A DNA stretch of 64,000 nucleotides from Alphaproteobacteria bacterium (lineage in GTDB: Bacteria; Pseudomonadota; Alphaproteobacteria; Elsterales; Elsteraceae): assembly GCA_013298565.1 (NCBI GenBank), contig JAAFIC010000007.1:3196-67195 (forward strand), read 5' to 3'. A program made the position numbers and the translations under genes. This document shows positions 7,624 through 15,544 of this stretch, piece by piece. Below the pieces are notes generated by a model that was not told the DNA's origin, searched no databases, and worked only from the letters and a program-made list of their open reading frames with translations. How positions within the stretch are numbered: the stretch's first letter is position 1; the number at the start of each line of letters is the position of its first letter.

Positions 7624-7649
7624 AACGCAAATTCTGGCTTGCATGTTCA
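7624..7649 (-). promoter_or_regulatory. EcfG-like promoter candidate (tGAAC-N17-CGTT) upstream of the orphan operon
   Basis: The minus strand reads TGAAC-atgcaagccagaatttg-CGTT about 75 nt upstream of ATG 7549. Compare the perfect GGAAC-N16-CGTT sites in this same window at 21926-21950 and 22816-22840. This site has one mismatch in the -35 element. Confidence 0.3.
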
Positions 7650-7801
7650 CCGCCTACGTCTCGCTTCAGGCATAACCCTCATATTATAATATTCTGAAAA
7701 GCGCAACACCCTAAGATGTATTTTGAAAATATATTCTTTTTTGAATCATACTTAAATGCGTGTAGCTTTGATCGAGTTTGGACGGTTGAAAGGATTTTTC
7801 C

Positions 7802-8587
7802 ATGTCGCCTCGGCCCCTCACCGATACGCCTGCGGCCCGTATTCCTCGGTTAAAACCTTGGCTGCGCCGATTGCGGCGGCGGTTTGCGCTCTATAATCTT
7901 GCTGGCTGGTTGAACCCGGTGTTCGATCTGTGGGTTGGTGGGCGGCAACGCCAGGTGTTCTATGATATCGATCACGACGCCCCCGCCTTGCGGCAGTTGG
8001 ATGCAGCTTTTCCCGAAATTCTATCGACCTTTGAAAGGGTTATGGGGCATCTGGAGCGGCTGCCCGCGTATCACACGCTGGATCACGACGTGATTTATTC
8101 ATCGGGCCGCGCGCAGCGGGATGCGCGCTGGGGCGTCTTTATGATTACCTGTTTTGGTCATAAGCCGAAGGCGGCGACGACCTTATGCCCGGACCTGATC
8201 GCGCGGCTTGAAGCAATCCCCGGTCTCTATCAAGCCTTCTTCTCGGTGCTTGAGCCGGGAAAATCAATACCGGCGCACGTTGGCCCGTCGCGGGTTTATC
8301 TCCGCTATCACCTTGGCTTACAGGTGCCGACCGAGGCGACGCCAACGCTGCGCGTTAAGGATCAAACCTACCGCTGGAAAACCGGCGAAAGCATTCTCTT
8401 CGACGATTCTTGGGATCATGAAATTGAAAATCATTGCCCTAAGATGCGGGCCATTCTTATCGTCGATGTCCAGCGGCCCTTGCCGTGGCCTTTAACCTGG
8501 ATCGCCTGGGTTCAACGCAAAACAGCGGCGCTGCATTATGCACGCCGGATTGTTGCTGCGGCGGATCGTTTGATCCCATCTTCTTAG
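7802..8587 (+). CDS. Aspartyl/asparaginyl beta-hydroxylase family (2OG/Fe(II) oxygenase, LpxO/AspH-like)
   Basis: A 261-aa ORF with the family-typical stretch GKSIPAHVGPSRVYLRYHLGLQVP followed by ILFDDSWDHEIENH. An AAAGGA SD precedes it. It is divergent from the orphan operon across an AT-rich 252-bp spacer. Confidence 0.8.
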   Translation: MSPRPLTDTPAARIPRLKPWLRRLRRRFALYNLAGWLNPVFDLWVGGRQRQVFYDIDHDAPALRQLDAAFPEILSTFERVMGHLERLPAYHTLDHDVIYSSGRAQRDARWGVFMITCFGHKPKAATTLCPDLIARLEAIPGLYQAFFSVLEPGKSIPAHVGPSRVYLRYHLGLQVPTEATPTLRVKDQTYRWKTGESILFDDSWDHEIENHCPKMRAILIVDVQRPLPWPLTWIAWVQRKTAALHYARRIVAAADRLIPSS

Positions 8588-8680
8588 CGCACCCTCGTTA
8601 AGCGCGATGAAAACCATTGCTGTTTGACGGGGCGACTCTGATACTAAGATGCTGTTGAATCGTCGAGGGGACTGCGGGGT

Positions 8681-10129
8681 ATGGCTGTAAGTATCGAGAG
8701 TGCGGATACAGGACAGCTTAGATTAACCGCCGCTCAAGGCTACGCCCGCTATTTATCGGTTGCGGTTGTAGGGCAGCGGTTTGCCATTCCTTTAGATCGC
8801 GTTATCGGTGTTACCGAGAGTACAACGCTAACCCCCCTACCGTTTAGCCCACCACCGTTCGAGGGGCTTGTTCTAGCGATGGGGCAAGTGGTGCCGCAAA
8901 TCGGCCTTGCCGCGCTGCTGGGGCTGAAAACCCAGGAAGCGGGCGTGCTTGTCTTGATCTCCGATTTTGGCGGCAGTGTTGGGCTGCGGGTGGACCAGGT
9001 TCATGCTATGATCCAGGTCGATCTCGAACAAGTTACGCTCACCTCCTCGGAGGAGCGAGCCGATGCGCCGATGATCCTTGGGAGATTTGGGGAAGGGGCT
9101 TTAGCGTGCTCCTTGCTCAATCTCGATCACCTCACCACCGATACCGGCATGATGAGCTTCGCCGAGAGCGGGGCGGTTTTGCTAGCGTCTGAAATCGGGG
9201 CCGGGGCGCTGGAGGCGGATGAGGCTAGCTCGGATCAGACCCAGCCCTACTTGATGCTCGACGTTAGCGACGAAGTTTATGCGATCAAAATTGATCATCT
9301 GGTCGAACTGTTGGAGCTTTCCACTCTGCGCCCGGCCCCCCACGCGCCCGCCTGGATCGCTGGGTTGATTGACCGGCGCGGCGCACCGCTGTTGGGATTG
9401 TCGCTCGCGGTGCTCTTGGGACGGCCTGAAGGAAGATCTGGCAAGCTCGGTGTTGTGGTCGCGCTTGAAACGGGGGATGTTGCGCTGATTGCCGATCACA
9501 GCCTTGGGATCGAGCGTTATGCCGCCGATCAAGTGCATGGCTTGCGCGAACCCGTGGCGGGAATTGCGAGCTATCTGGTGAATGCCGATGGCAGCATCGT
9601 GGGCATCCTCGATACGCAAACGCTGCTGAACCCAGTGCAGGATGACGTATGCCTCTGGACGCCCAAGGCAACCACCTCCCCGGTTGCGGTGGCCGGGCCA
9701 GTGACGCCGATGGAATTCCATCAATATCTCACTTTGCGGATTGGGCGGGAGTTTTTGGCCGTGCCGCTGGACCGGATTCAACGGGTGGAAGCTTCCATCG
9801 AGATGACCCCGATCCCGGATCGGGGAACCGGCTTTCATGGGCTGGCTGATGTGGGTGATGCGGTGGTGCCGGTGATTGATCTGCGGCAAGTGCTCAGCGG
9901 TGGGGCCGAGCCGATTGTGCTGGAGGCCAATCCACCGTGTTTGCTGGCGATGGTCGAAGGTGGGATTGCCGGGGTTATCGTTCATCAGGTTCTGCGGATC
10001 GAAACCGTGCCGGAAAACCAGATTAGTCTGGCGGAGGATGTGAATAATTTGCCGATTTCACAAATTATTCACGTTCAGGACCGTCTCATGAGTGTTGTTT
10101 CACTCGACCGGTTGCTTCCACCCCTGTAA
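8681..10129 (+). CDS. Scaffold protein with three tandem CheW-like domains
   Basis: Three repeats of the CheW signature are present: QRFAIPLDRVIGVTE...FEGLVLAMGQVVPQIGLAALLG; EVYAIKIDHLVELLE...IAGLIDRRGAPLLGLSLAVLLG; REFLAVPLDRIQRVEA...FHGLADVGDAVVPVIDLRQVL. Confidence 0.85.
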   Translation: MAVSIESADTGQLRLTAAQGYARYLSVAVVGQRFAIPLDRVIGVTESTTLTPLPFSPPPFEGLVLAMGQVVPQIGLAALLGLKTQEAGVLVLISDFGGSVGLRVDQVHAMIQVDLEQVTLTSSEERADAPMILGRFGEGALACSLLNLDHLTTDTGMMSFAESGAVLLASEIGAGALEADEASSDQTQPYLMLDVSDEVYAIKIDHLVELLELSTLRPAPHAPAWIAGLIDRRGAPLLGLSLAVLLGRPEGRSGKLGVVVALETGDVALIADHSLGIERYAADQVHGLREPVAGIASYLVNADGSIVGILDTQTLLNPVQDDVCLWTPKATTSPVAVAGPVTPMEFHQYLTLRIGREFLAVPLDRIQRVEASIEMTPIPDRGTGFHGLADVGDAVVPVIDLRQVLSGGAEPIVLEANPPCLLAMVEGGIAGVIVHQVLRIETVPENQISLAEDVNNLPISQIIHVQDRLMSVVSLDRLLPPL

Positions 10130-10179
10130 CCCTGAATGCGTAACGCTGATCGTGTGTGTGAGCGTTAGAGAGTACGTCC

Positions 10180-10581
10180 GTGGCGAATACCTGCGTGGTC
10201 CTTATTGGTTTCGAGCCTGTTATGCACGATCTGCTCTTGGATCGGTTGCAGGCGGATTTCCTCAAGCTCACCGCCGCAATAGGCCTTGATGCGGCCTTAA
10301 GCGCGGCGCGCGGCGCAACGGCGGCGGATCGTCTTCTGATTGATATTGATGGTTGCCCGCAGGAGCCTGCGGGGGTCATCGCCAAACTCCGCCTGGTCAG
10401 TGCCGCGCCAATTATCGTTCTCAGTGCCACGGTTGCGCCGGGCAGTGCCAATGCCAGCGCCTTTTTGCAGGCAGGAGCTTCGGCACTGGTCACAAAACCC
10501 GCAGGCGCATTGCCGTTGGTGTGGTCCGGCGAGGCCGGGGAGCCACTTCTCCACGCCCTTCGGGAGGCGCTGACCCGATGA
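10180..10581 (+). CDS. Single-domain receiver-like protein (divergent CheY-like)
   Basis: A 133-aa ORF. LLIDIDGCP is a candidate phospho-Asp site, and IIVLSAT and LVTKP occupy the T/S and K positions. The N-terminal acidic pair is degenerate (LIGFEP). Its stop overlaps the cheA ATG (ATGA). Confidence 0.55.
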   Translation: MANTCVVLIGFEPVMHDLLLDRLQADFLKLTAAIGLDAALSAARGATAADRLLIDIDGCPQEPAGVIAKLRLVSAAPIIVLSATVAPGSANASAFLQAGASALVTKPAGALPLVWSGEAGEPLLHALREALTR

Positions 10582-13313
10582 GCACCAATAACTCCGATCT
10601 GGTCGAACAGTTTGCGATTGAAACCCAGCAGCATCTGGACGAAATCGAACCTATTCTGTTTTTGCCGGAAGGCGAGCTTCCCGATCAAGCCACGATTGCG
10701 GCGCTGTTTCGCGGGTTCCACTCGATCAAGGGTCTCGCCCGCGTGCTGGGGCTGCGCGGGCTGGAGGCGCTGGCCCACCATACAGAAAGCCTGCTGGCGG
10801 AGGTGCGGAGCGCGCGCCAACCGTTCACGCTTGCACTGCGCGATTTGCTGTTGGAAAGCCTCGACGCGATTCGCACACTGCGGGAACACGGCATCGTCGG
10901 TGGTTTGGACGAACGCGCGCCGCCTGCCTTGTTAAACGCGCTGGAGGCGGCGCTGCACTCTGGGGCGAAAGGTGCAACCTTAAACGATGCAAGCCCGCAA
11001 GTTCCCGAAGGCGCGCTCCACCCTGATGCCGAAACGCTCACCTATTTTGCGGAAATGCTGGCGGATTGCCTGCCGGGCCTCGCCGTGCTCGCCGGGGTAA
11101 CTGGCTGGCGCGATCAGGCAGTGAGCGATCTTGAGATGCTGCTGGTGGCGGCTGAAAAATTGGCGTTCCACGGTCTGTCTGCCCGGCTGTATGCGCTGGC
11201 CCCGACCGTCGATCCCGCGAATATCGAGCCTTTTGCCGCTGTCATCGCCGATGCCCGGCGCTTTGGTCGATTGATTGAGCAGGATGTGGGGGCCGAGGCC
11301 GCGTTGGCTGCAATCGCCCCGCTATTGCGCCTGACCCGTGCCGAGATTGCGGCAGATCTGCTGCCCGCTCTTGGCCTCAACGCTACCGAAGCTCGCACGC
11401 TGACCGCACGGCTCGTGACGATTGCAGCGGCAGGGCTTAGCGATGGCGAGATTTCTCTTAACGTGATGCAGAGTTTGGACGCGCCTGCGGTCTATCCGGC
11501 CTTACGTGCCGCGCTTGAAACCTTGGTGAGGGGTGGTAGCTCCGGTAGCGACGACCTCCTGGAGCTAGCCGGGGATCGGCTACGCGAGGCGATTGCGGCC
11601 CCTTGGGTTTTGTCGCCGCCCGTGCGTAAACTTCTCGAAGATCGCGGTATTGCGCCCGCGTTGTTGGGTGATTTGTCGCAAGATCGGATTGGCCCGCTGC
11701 TGGAAATTTTGGCCGGGAGCGAGCGAAGACTGCTGCTGCTCACCCTTGCCTTGCCAGTGCGGGGCGCGCGGGCCGATTTTCTCGCTTGGCTCAACCAGCG
11801 CTTCTTCCCCACGGCGGCGCGCGCGTTCACGCAGAGCGGGGTTGACGTCGCAGCGCTCCTGGTTGTGAGCGCCGACGCCCCACGCGCTATACGCGCCGAT
11901 ATTTTGGCGGCTTACCCCGATCTAGCCTTTGTCGATACCCGCGTGCTAATTGACGATTCAGTGGAAACCCCGTGGTCGCCGCCCCGAACCGCCAACAAAA
12001 TCAGAGGGAGCGACCCTGCCGACAATCAGGTGCGCGTTCCCGTTGAGATTCTGGATCGGTTGTTCGGGCGTATTGGCGAGTTTTTCAGCATCAGTAGCGC
12101 GCTGAACGTCTTGATCGTCGATTCGCAAGTTCCGACCATCCTTCATAAGCTGGCCGATCACGCCATGATCAAGGAACCGGCGCTGCTGCCGATGATCGAC
12201 ACGCTCCAACGCCAGCAGAACGATCTGTCGCAGGTGGAAGCCGAAGTGCATCGGCTGGTCAGCCTCATTCACGAGGCGACGTTGGGGCTGCGGGTCATTC
12301 CGCTCGATATCGTTTTCAACCGTTTCCCGCGCATGGTCCGGGAGTTCGCGAAAGAGGAAGGCAAGCAAATCCGCTTCGAGGCGCGGGCTGACGGCATTAA
12401 GGTCGATAAAGGCATGACCGAGTTGCTGGCTGATCCGCTGATGCACATGCTGCGGAACGCCGTCGATCACGGTATCGAAAGCGCGGCGGAGCGGGCGGCA
12501 ACCCATAAACCGCCGCTCGCTCATATCCGCCTGAGTGCCGAGCAACTCGGCAACCGCATCGTTATCGAAATCCGCGACGATGGCCGGGGTATTGATAGCG
12601 AGCGCGTCCGGCGACGGGCGGTAGCCCAAGGGCTTGTGACCGATTACGACAGCCGCAAGCTCTCGGTAGAGCAGATCAATCGTTTTATCTTCGCGCCCGG
12701 CTTTTCCACTGCCGATAAGGTCAGTGAAACCTCGGGCCGAGGCGTCGGTATGGACGTGGTGCTCATCAACATCTCGCGCCTCGGCGGGCGGATCGACGTT
12801 CGCACAGTGGTGGGGCAAGGGGCGATCTTCCGGCTCGATATGCCGCTGTCGGCGGCGATGCAAACCGTGCTGCTGGCCGAAACTTCGGTTCAAACGGTGG
12901 CCTTCCCCGAACGCATGGTGGTCGAAGCGGCAACCGTGCAACGCGACACTATTCAATACGTCAACGGTCAGCGCGCTATTTTGCACCATGACCGCTTCTT
13001 ACCTTTGTTCGGGCTAACCGACCTGCTTCATATCCCGGCGGGGGTGGATCGGGAAGAGCAGGGGGATTTGTCGGTTATCATCGTCTCCTCCGGGCGCTTT
13101 CGCTATGGGGTTGAAGTCACGCGCATTTTGCGCCGTCACGAAATGCTGATCCGCGAAACTCACCCGCGCATCGCCCAGCTTCCCGGCATCGGTGGGGTCT
13201 CGACCCTCGGCACCGACAGGATTGTGCTGGTGGTCGATCCCGAAGGGCTGACCGATCTTGCCCGCCGGGCCATCGTGCCGGGGATGCGCGTGCCGTCTCA
13301 GGCGGCGGAGTGA
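10578..13313 (+). CDS. cheA: Chemotaxis histidine kinase CheA (911 aa, with a long insert after the HPt domain)
   Basis: The start is taken at ATG 10578 (MSTNNSDLVEQFAIETQQHLDEIE). The upstream part of track ORF 10353.. overlaps the previous gene and looks non-coding (Cys/Arg/Gly-rich). Motifs present: HPt FHSIKGLARVLGL, N-box HMLRNAVDHGIE, DDGRGID, GRGVGMDVV, and a C-terminal CheW-like domain. Confidence 0.9.
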   Translation: MSTNNSDLVEQFAIETQQHLDEIEPILFLPEGELPDQATIAALFRGFHSIKGLARVLGLRGLEALAHHTESLLAEVRSARQPFTLALRDLLLESLDAIRTLREHGIVGGLDERAPPALLNALEAALHSGAKGATLNDASPQVPEGALHPDAETLTYFAEMLADCLPGLAVLAGVTGWRDQAVSDLEMLLVAAEKLAFHGLSARLYALAPTVDPANIEPFAAVIADARRFGRLIEQDVGAEAALAAIAPLLRLTRAEIAADLLPALGLNATEARTLTARLVTIAAAGLSDGEISLNVMQSLDAPAVYPALRAALETLVRGGSSGSDDLLELAGDRLREAIAAPWVLSPPVRKLLEDRGIAPALLGDLSQDRIGPLLEILAGSERRLLLLTLALPVRGARADFLAWLNQRFFPTAARAFTQSGVDVAALLVVSADAPRAIRADILAAYPDLAFVDTRVLIDDSVETPWSPPRTANKIRGSDPADNQVRVPVEILDRLFGRIGEFFSISSALNVLIVDSQVPTILHKLADHAMIKEPALLPMIDTLQRQQNDLSQVEAEVHRLVSLIHEATLGLRVIPLDIVFNRFPRMVREFAKEEGKQIRFEARADGIKVDKGMTELLADPLMHMLRNAVDHGIESAAERAATHKPPLAHIRLSAEQLGNRIVIEIRDDGRGIDSERVRRRAVAQGLVTDYDSRKLSVEQINRFIFAPGFSTADKVSETSGRGVGMDVVLINISRLGGRIDVRTVVGQGAIFRLDMPLSAAMQTVLLAETSVQTVAFPERMVVEAATVQRDTIQYVNGQRAILHHDRFLPLFGLTDLLHIPAGVDREEQGDLSVIIVSSGRFRYGVEVTRILRRHEMLIRETHPRIAQLPGIGGVSTLGTDRIVLVVDPEGLTDLARRAIVPGMRVPSQAAE

Positions 13314-13317
13314 CGCG

Positions 13318-13806
13318 ATGGAGTTTCACTATCTCCACGTCCGCTGTGGCCCTTACCGCATTTTGCTCCCTGGCAAAAACATTGGTGGTATTGATTCCGC
13401 GACCGATGCACCAACGGGACGGCAATCCTTTCGCCGCGCTCGCCGCGAAGGCCGGTTGCCAATGATTGATGCGCGGCGGCTGTTGGGTCTGGCAGCAGAG
13501 GGCGGCGGCACCCCTGTGCACATCTTCTGGCGTCAGCCGGACGGGGCGGTTTGCGCGATTTTAGCGGTGGATGGTGTCGAGGGTCTACGCGGCGGGTTCG
13601 AGGCGGAGTTTCTGCCGCTGCCGCGCGCGCCGCTGGGGTTTCATGAGATGTTTGATCGCTTGGTGTACGATAAGGATGGCAGCTTTCTGCTGCGATTGCG
13701 GCAGAATTTTCAGCCATTTTTGGGCGATATTCCGGGGCGTCGGCGGTTTTTAGGGGCCATTACCGGGGCAACGTGCGGCCCTGCTAGCGGGAAGGTTGCG
13801 CCATGA
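13318..13806 (+). CDS. Divergent CheW-like coupling protein
   Basis: ATG 13318 lies 4 nt after the cheA stop (MEFHYLHVRCGPYRILLPGKNIGGID...ILAVDGVEGLRG...FLLRL). The resemblance to CheW is weak. Its position in the operon supports the call. Confidence 0.5.
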   Translation: MEFHYLHVRCGPYRILLPGKNIGGIDSATDAPTGRQSFRRARREGRLPMIDARRLLGLAAEGGGTPVHIFWRQPDGAVCAILAVDGVEGLRGGFEAEFLPLPRAPLGFHEMFDRLVYDKDGSFLLRLRQNFQPFLGDIPGRRRFLGAITGATCGPASGKVAP

Positions 13807-15500
13807 ACGACCTCGCCAAAAAACGCATTTTGATCGTCGATGATAGTTTCATTATGCGGCGGCTGGTTCGGGAACTGGTGGAAGGCGATCCCGATTTCGA
13901 GGTGGTCGATACTGCCGAAGATGGGCGCATGGCGTTGCAAAAAGTGCGGAGTTGCAAGCCCGATCTGGTTTTGCTCGATATCGAGATGCCTGAAATGTCG
14001 GGGCTGGAAACACTGCGGCGGCTGGGGCTTCGCAGTAAATCGAAAATCGTCATTCTCTCCTCCCTCGGCGGGGCGGGCACGGCAGAGACCGCAGAGGCCC
14101 TGCGCCTCGGCGCGGCTGCGGTGCTGGAGAAACCGTCTGGCGCAATCAGTCTCGATCTACAGGCCCGCAAGGGACACGAGATCGTGCGGACGATGCGGAG
14201 CGTGCTGGATCTTCCCATCCCGGAAGACGTTCAGGCCGCCACCAAAGGCGATGCGTCAGCCCCGAACGGCGAGCAACTCGCTGGGGGGGCGCAGACAGCG
14301 CTGTTTGATGCCGTGTTGAACGGGCTTGGCACGGGGGTGTTGGTTTTCAGCGGCACCGGGCGGTTGCGGGTTTCCAACGCCGCCGCCTTGCACCTGTTGG
14401 GCCGTGACGATACGGCACCCGGCGAACTAACCCTGGAGGCGTTATTCGACGATTATAACGAGGGCATTCTGGCCGACCTGCGCGGCGTGCTCGCGACCGG
14501 CGACGCGCTGGGGCCGGAGTTGACCGATTTCGCCCTGCCCGATGGCGCGTGGCGACCGTTGCGCCTCGCCGCCTCCCGCCTCAACTCTGGCGACGGCGAA
14601 ACCCAAATTCTGGTACTGCTGGAGGATGCGACGCGGGAGAAGGAGATGAAAACCATCCTGTCACGCACGCTGTCGGAGACGGTGGCAACTCAGGTTTTGG
14701 CCGGGCAGTCGCTTAATCTGGGCGGCACGATGCAGGAAACCTCGATCTTATTTTCCGACATCCGCAGCTTTACCACCCTGTCGGAGGAGTTGGGCGCGGC
14801 GGGGATTGTGGAAACGCTGAACGAATATTTCTCCTTCATGGAAGACGTGATTAAGGAGAGCGGCGGCGTTATAGATAAATATATTGGCGACGCGGTTATG
14901 GCGCTGTTCGGTGTTCCGGCTCGGCTGGGTCAAGACCATGACCGGGCAGTGCAGGCGGCGCTTGCGATGCTGGCGGCGCTTGACGTGCTGAACAAGGACC
15001 GGGCGCGGCGCGGGCATCGGCCCATCAACATCGGGATAGGGATTAGCACGGGGCAGGTGATCGCGGGCAACATCGGCTCGCCGACGCGCTCTAACTACAC
15101 GGTTATCGGCGATGCGGTGAACTTGGCCGCGCGCATCGAATCGCTCACCAAACATTACGGCACCGGGATTATGATCTGCGGCGAAACCTTGCGCCGCTTA
15201 GAGCGGCCCGTAACGACGCGCTTGATTGATCGGGTGGAGGTGAAGGGGCAATCGACCGAAACCGCGCTCTATCAGGTCTTTCGTCCAGAAACGCCGCTTA
15301 ACCAAATCTGGCTCGACACTTACGCGCGCGGCTTTCAGTCCTACTGCGACGGCAATTGGTCGAAAGCGCTGACCTGGATGGAAGAAGCCCTTGCCCTAAT
15401 GCCTGACGATAAAGCGGCGGTTCTCATCGCAGATCGCTGTCGTGCGCTTCTTGCCGCATCCCCAGATACCTGGACGGGCGTTTGGGCCTATCATTCCTAA
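13803..15500 (+). CDS. Response regulator: CheB-type receiver, PAS-like domain, class III adenylate/guanylate cyclase and TPR-like tail
   Basis: Receiver: KRILIVDDSFIMRRLVRELVEGDPDFEVVDTAEDGRMALQKVRSCKPDLVLLDIEMPEMSGLETL...VILSSLGG...AVLEKP. Cyclase: ILFSDIRSFTTLSE, VIDKYIGDAVMALFG, YTVIGDAVNLAARIES. Its ATG overlaps the upstream stop. Confidence 0.85.
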   Translation: MNDLAKKRILIVDDSFIMRRLVRELVEGDPDFEVVDTAEDGRMALQKVRSCKPDLVLLDIEMPEMSGLETLRRLGLRSKSKIVILSSLGGAGTAETAEALRLGAAAVLEKPSGAISLDLQARKGHEIVRTMRSVLDLPIPEDVQAATKGDASAPNGEQLAGGAQTALFDAVLNGLGTGVLVFSGTGRLRVSNAAALHLLGRDDTAPGELTLEALFDDYNEGILADLRGVLATGDALGPELTDFALPDGAWRPLRLAASRLNSGDGETQILVLLEDATREKEMKTILSRTLSETVATQVLAGQSLNLGGTMQETSILFSDIRSFTTLSEELGAAGIVETLNEYFSFMEDVIKESGGVIDKYIGDAVMALFGVPARLGQDHDRAVQAALAMLAALDVLNKDRARRGHRPINIGIGISTGQVIAGNIGSPTRSNYTVIGDAVNLAARIESLTKHYGTGIMICGETLRRLERPVTTRLIDRVEVKGQSTETALYQVFRPETPLNQIWLDTYARGFQSYCDGNWSKALTWMEEALALMPDDKAAVLIADRCRALLAASPDTWTGVWAYHS

Positions 15501-15544
15501 CCTTTCCCCTCTCATGCTGACACTTGGCCTCTTGGAGACACATC

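Noticed and set aside
10353-10577. A 75-codon N-terminal extension of cheA is suggested by the track ORF (MPAGACGGHRQTPPGQCRANYRSQCHGC...).
   Set aside because: It overlaps the receiver-like gene in another frame and has a Cys/Arg/Gly-rich nonsense-like composition. The ATG at 10578 gives an ATGA stop-start overlap and begins directly at the HPt helix.
9182-12989. Long minus-strand ORFs (9182..9985 at 267 aa, 10086..10889 at 267 aa, 11958..12989 at 343 aa) lie antisense to the triple-CheW and cheA genes.
   Set aside because: These are typical high-GC shadow ORFs. Their products are Arg/Pro/Gly/His-rich and low-complexity, with no motifs. The opposite strand carries unambiguous CheW and CheA signatures over the same coordinates.
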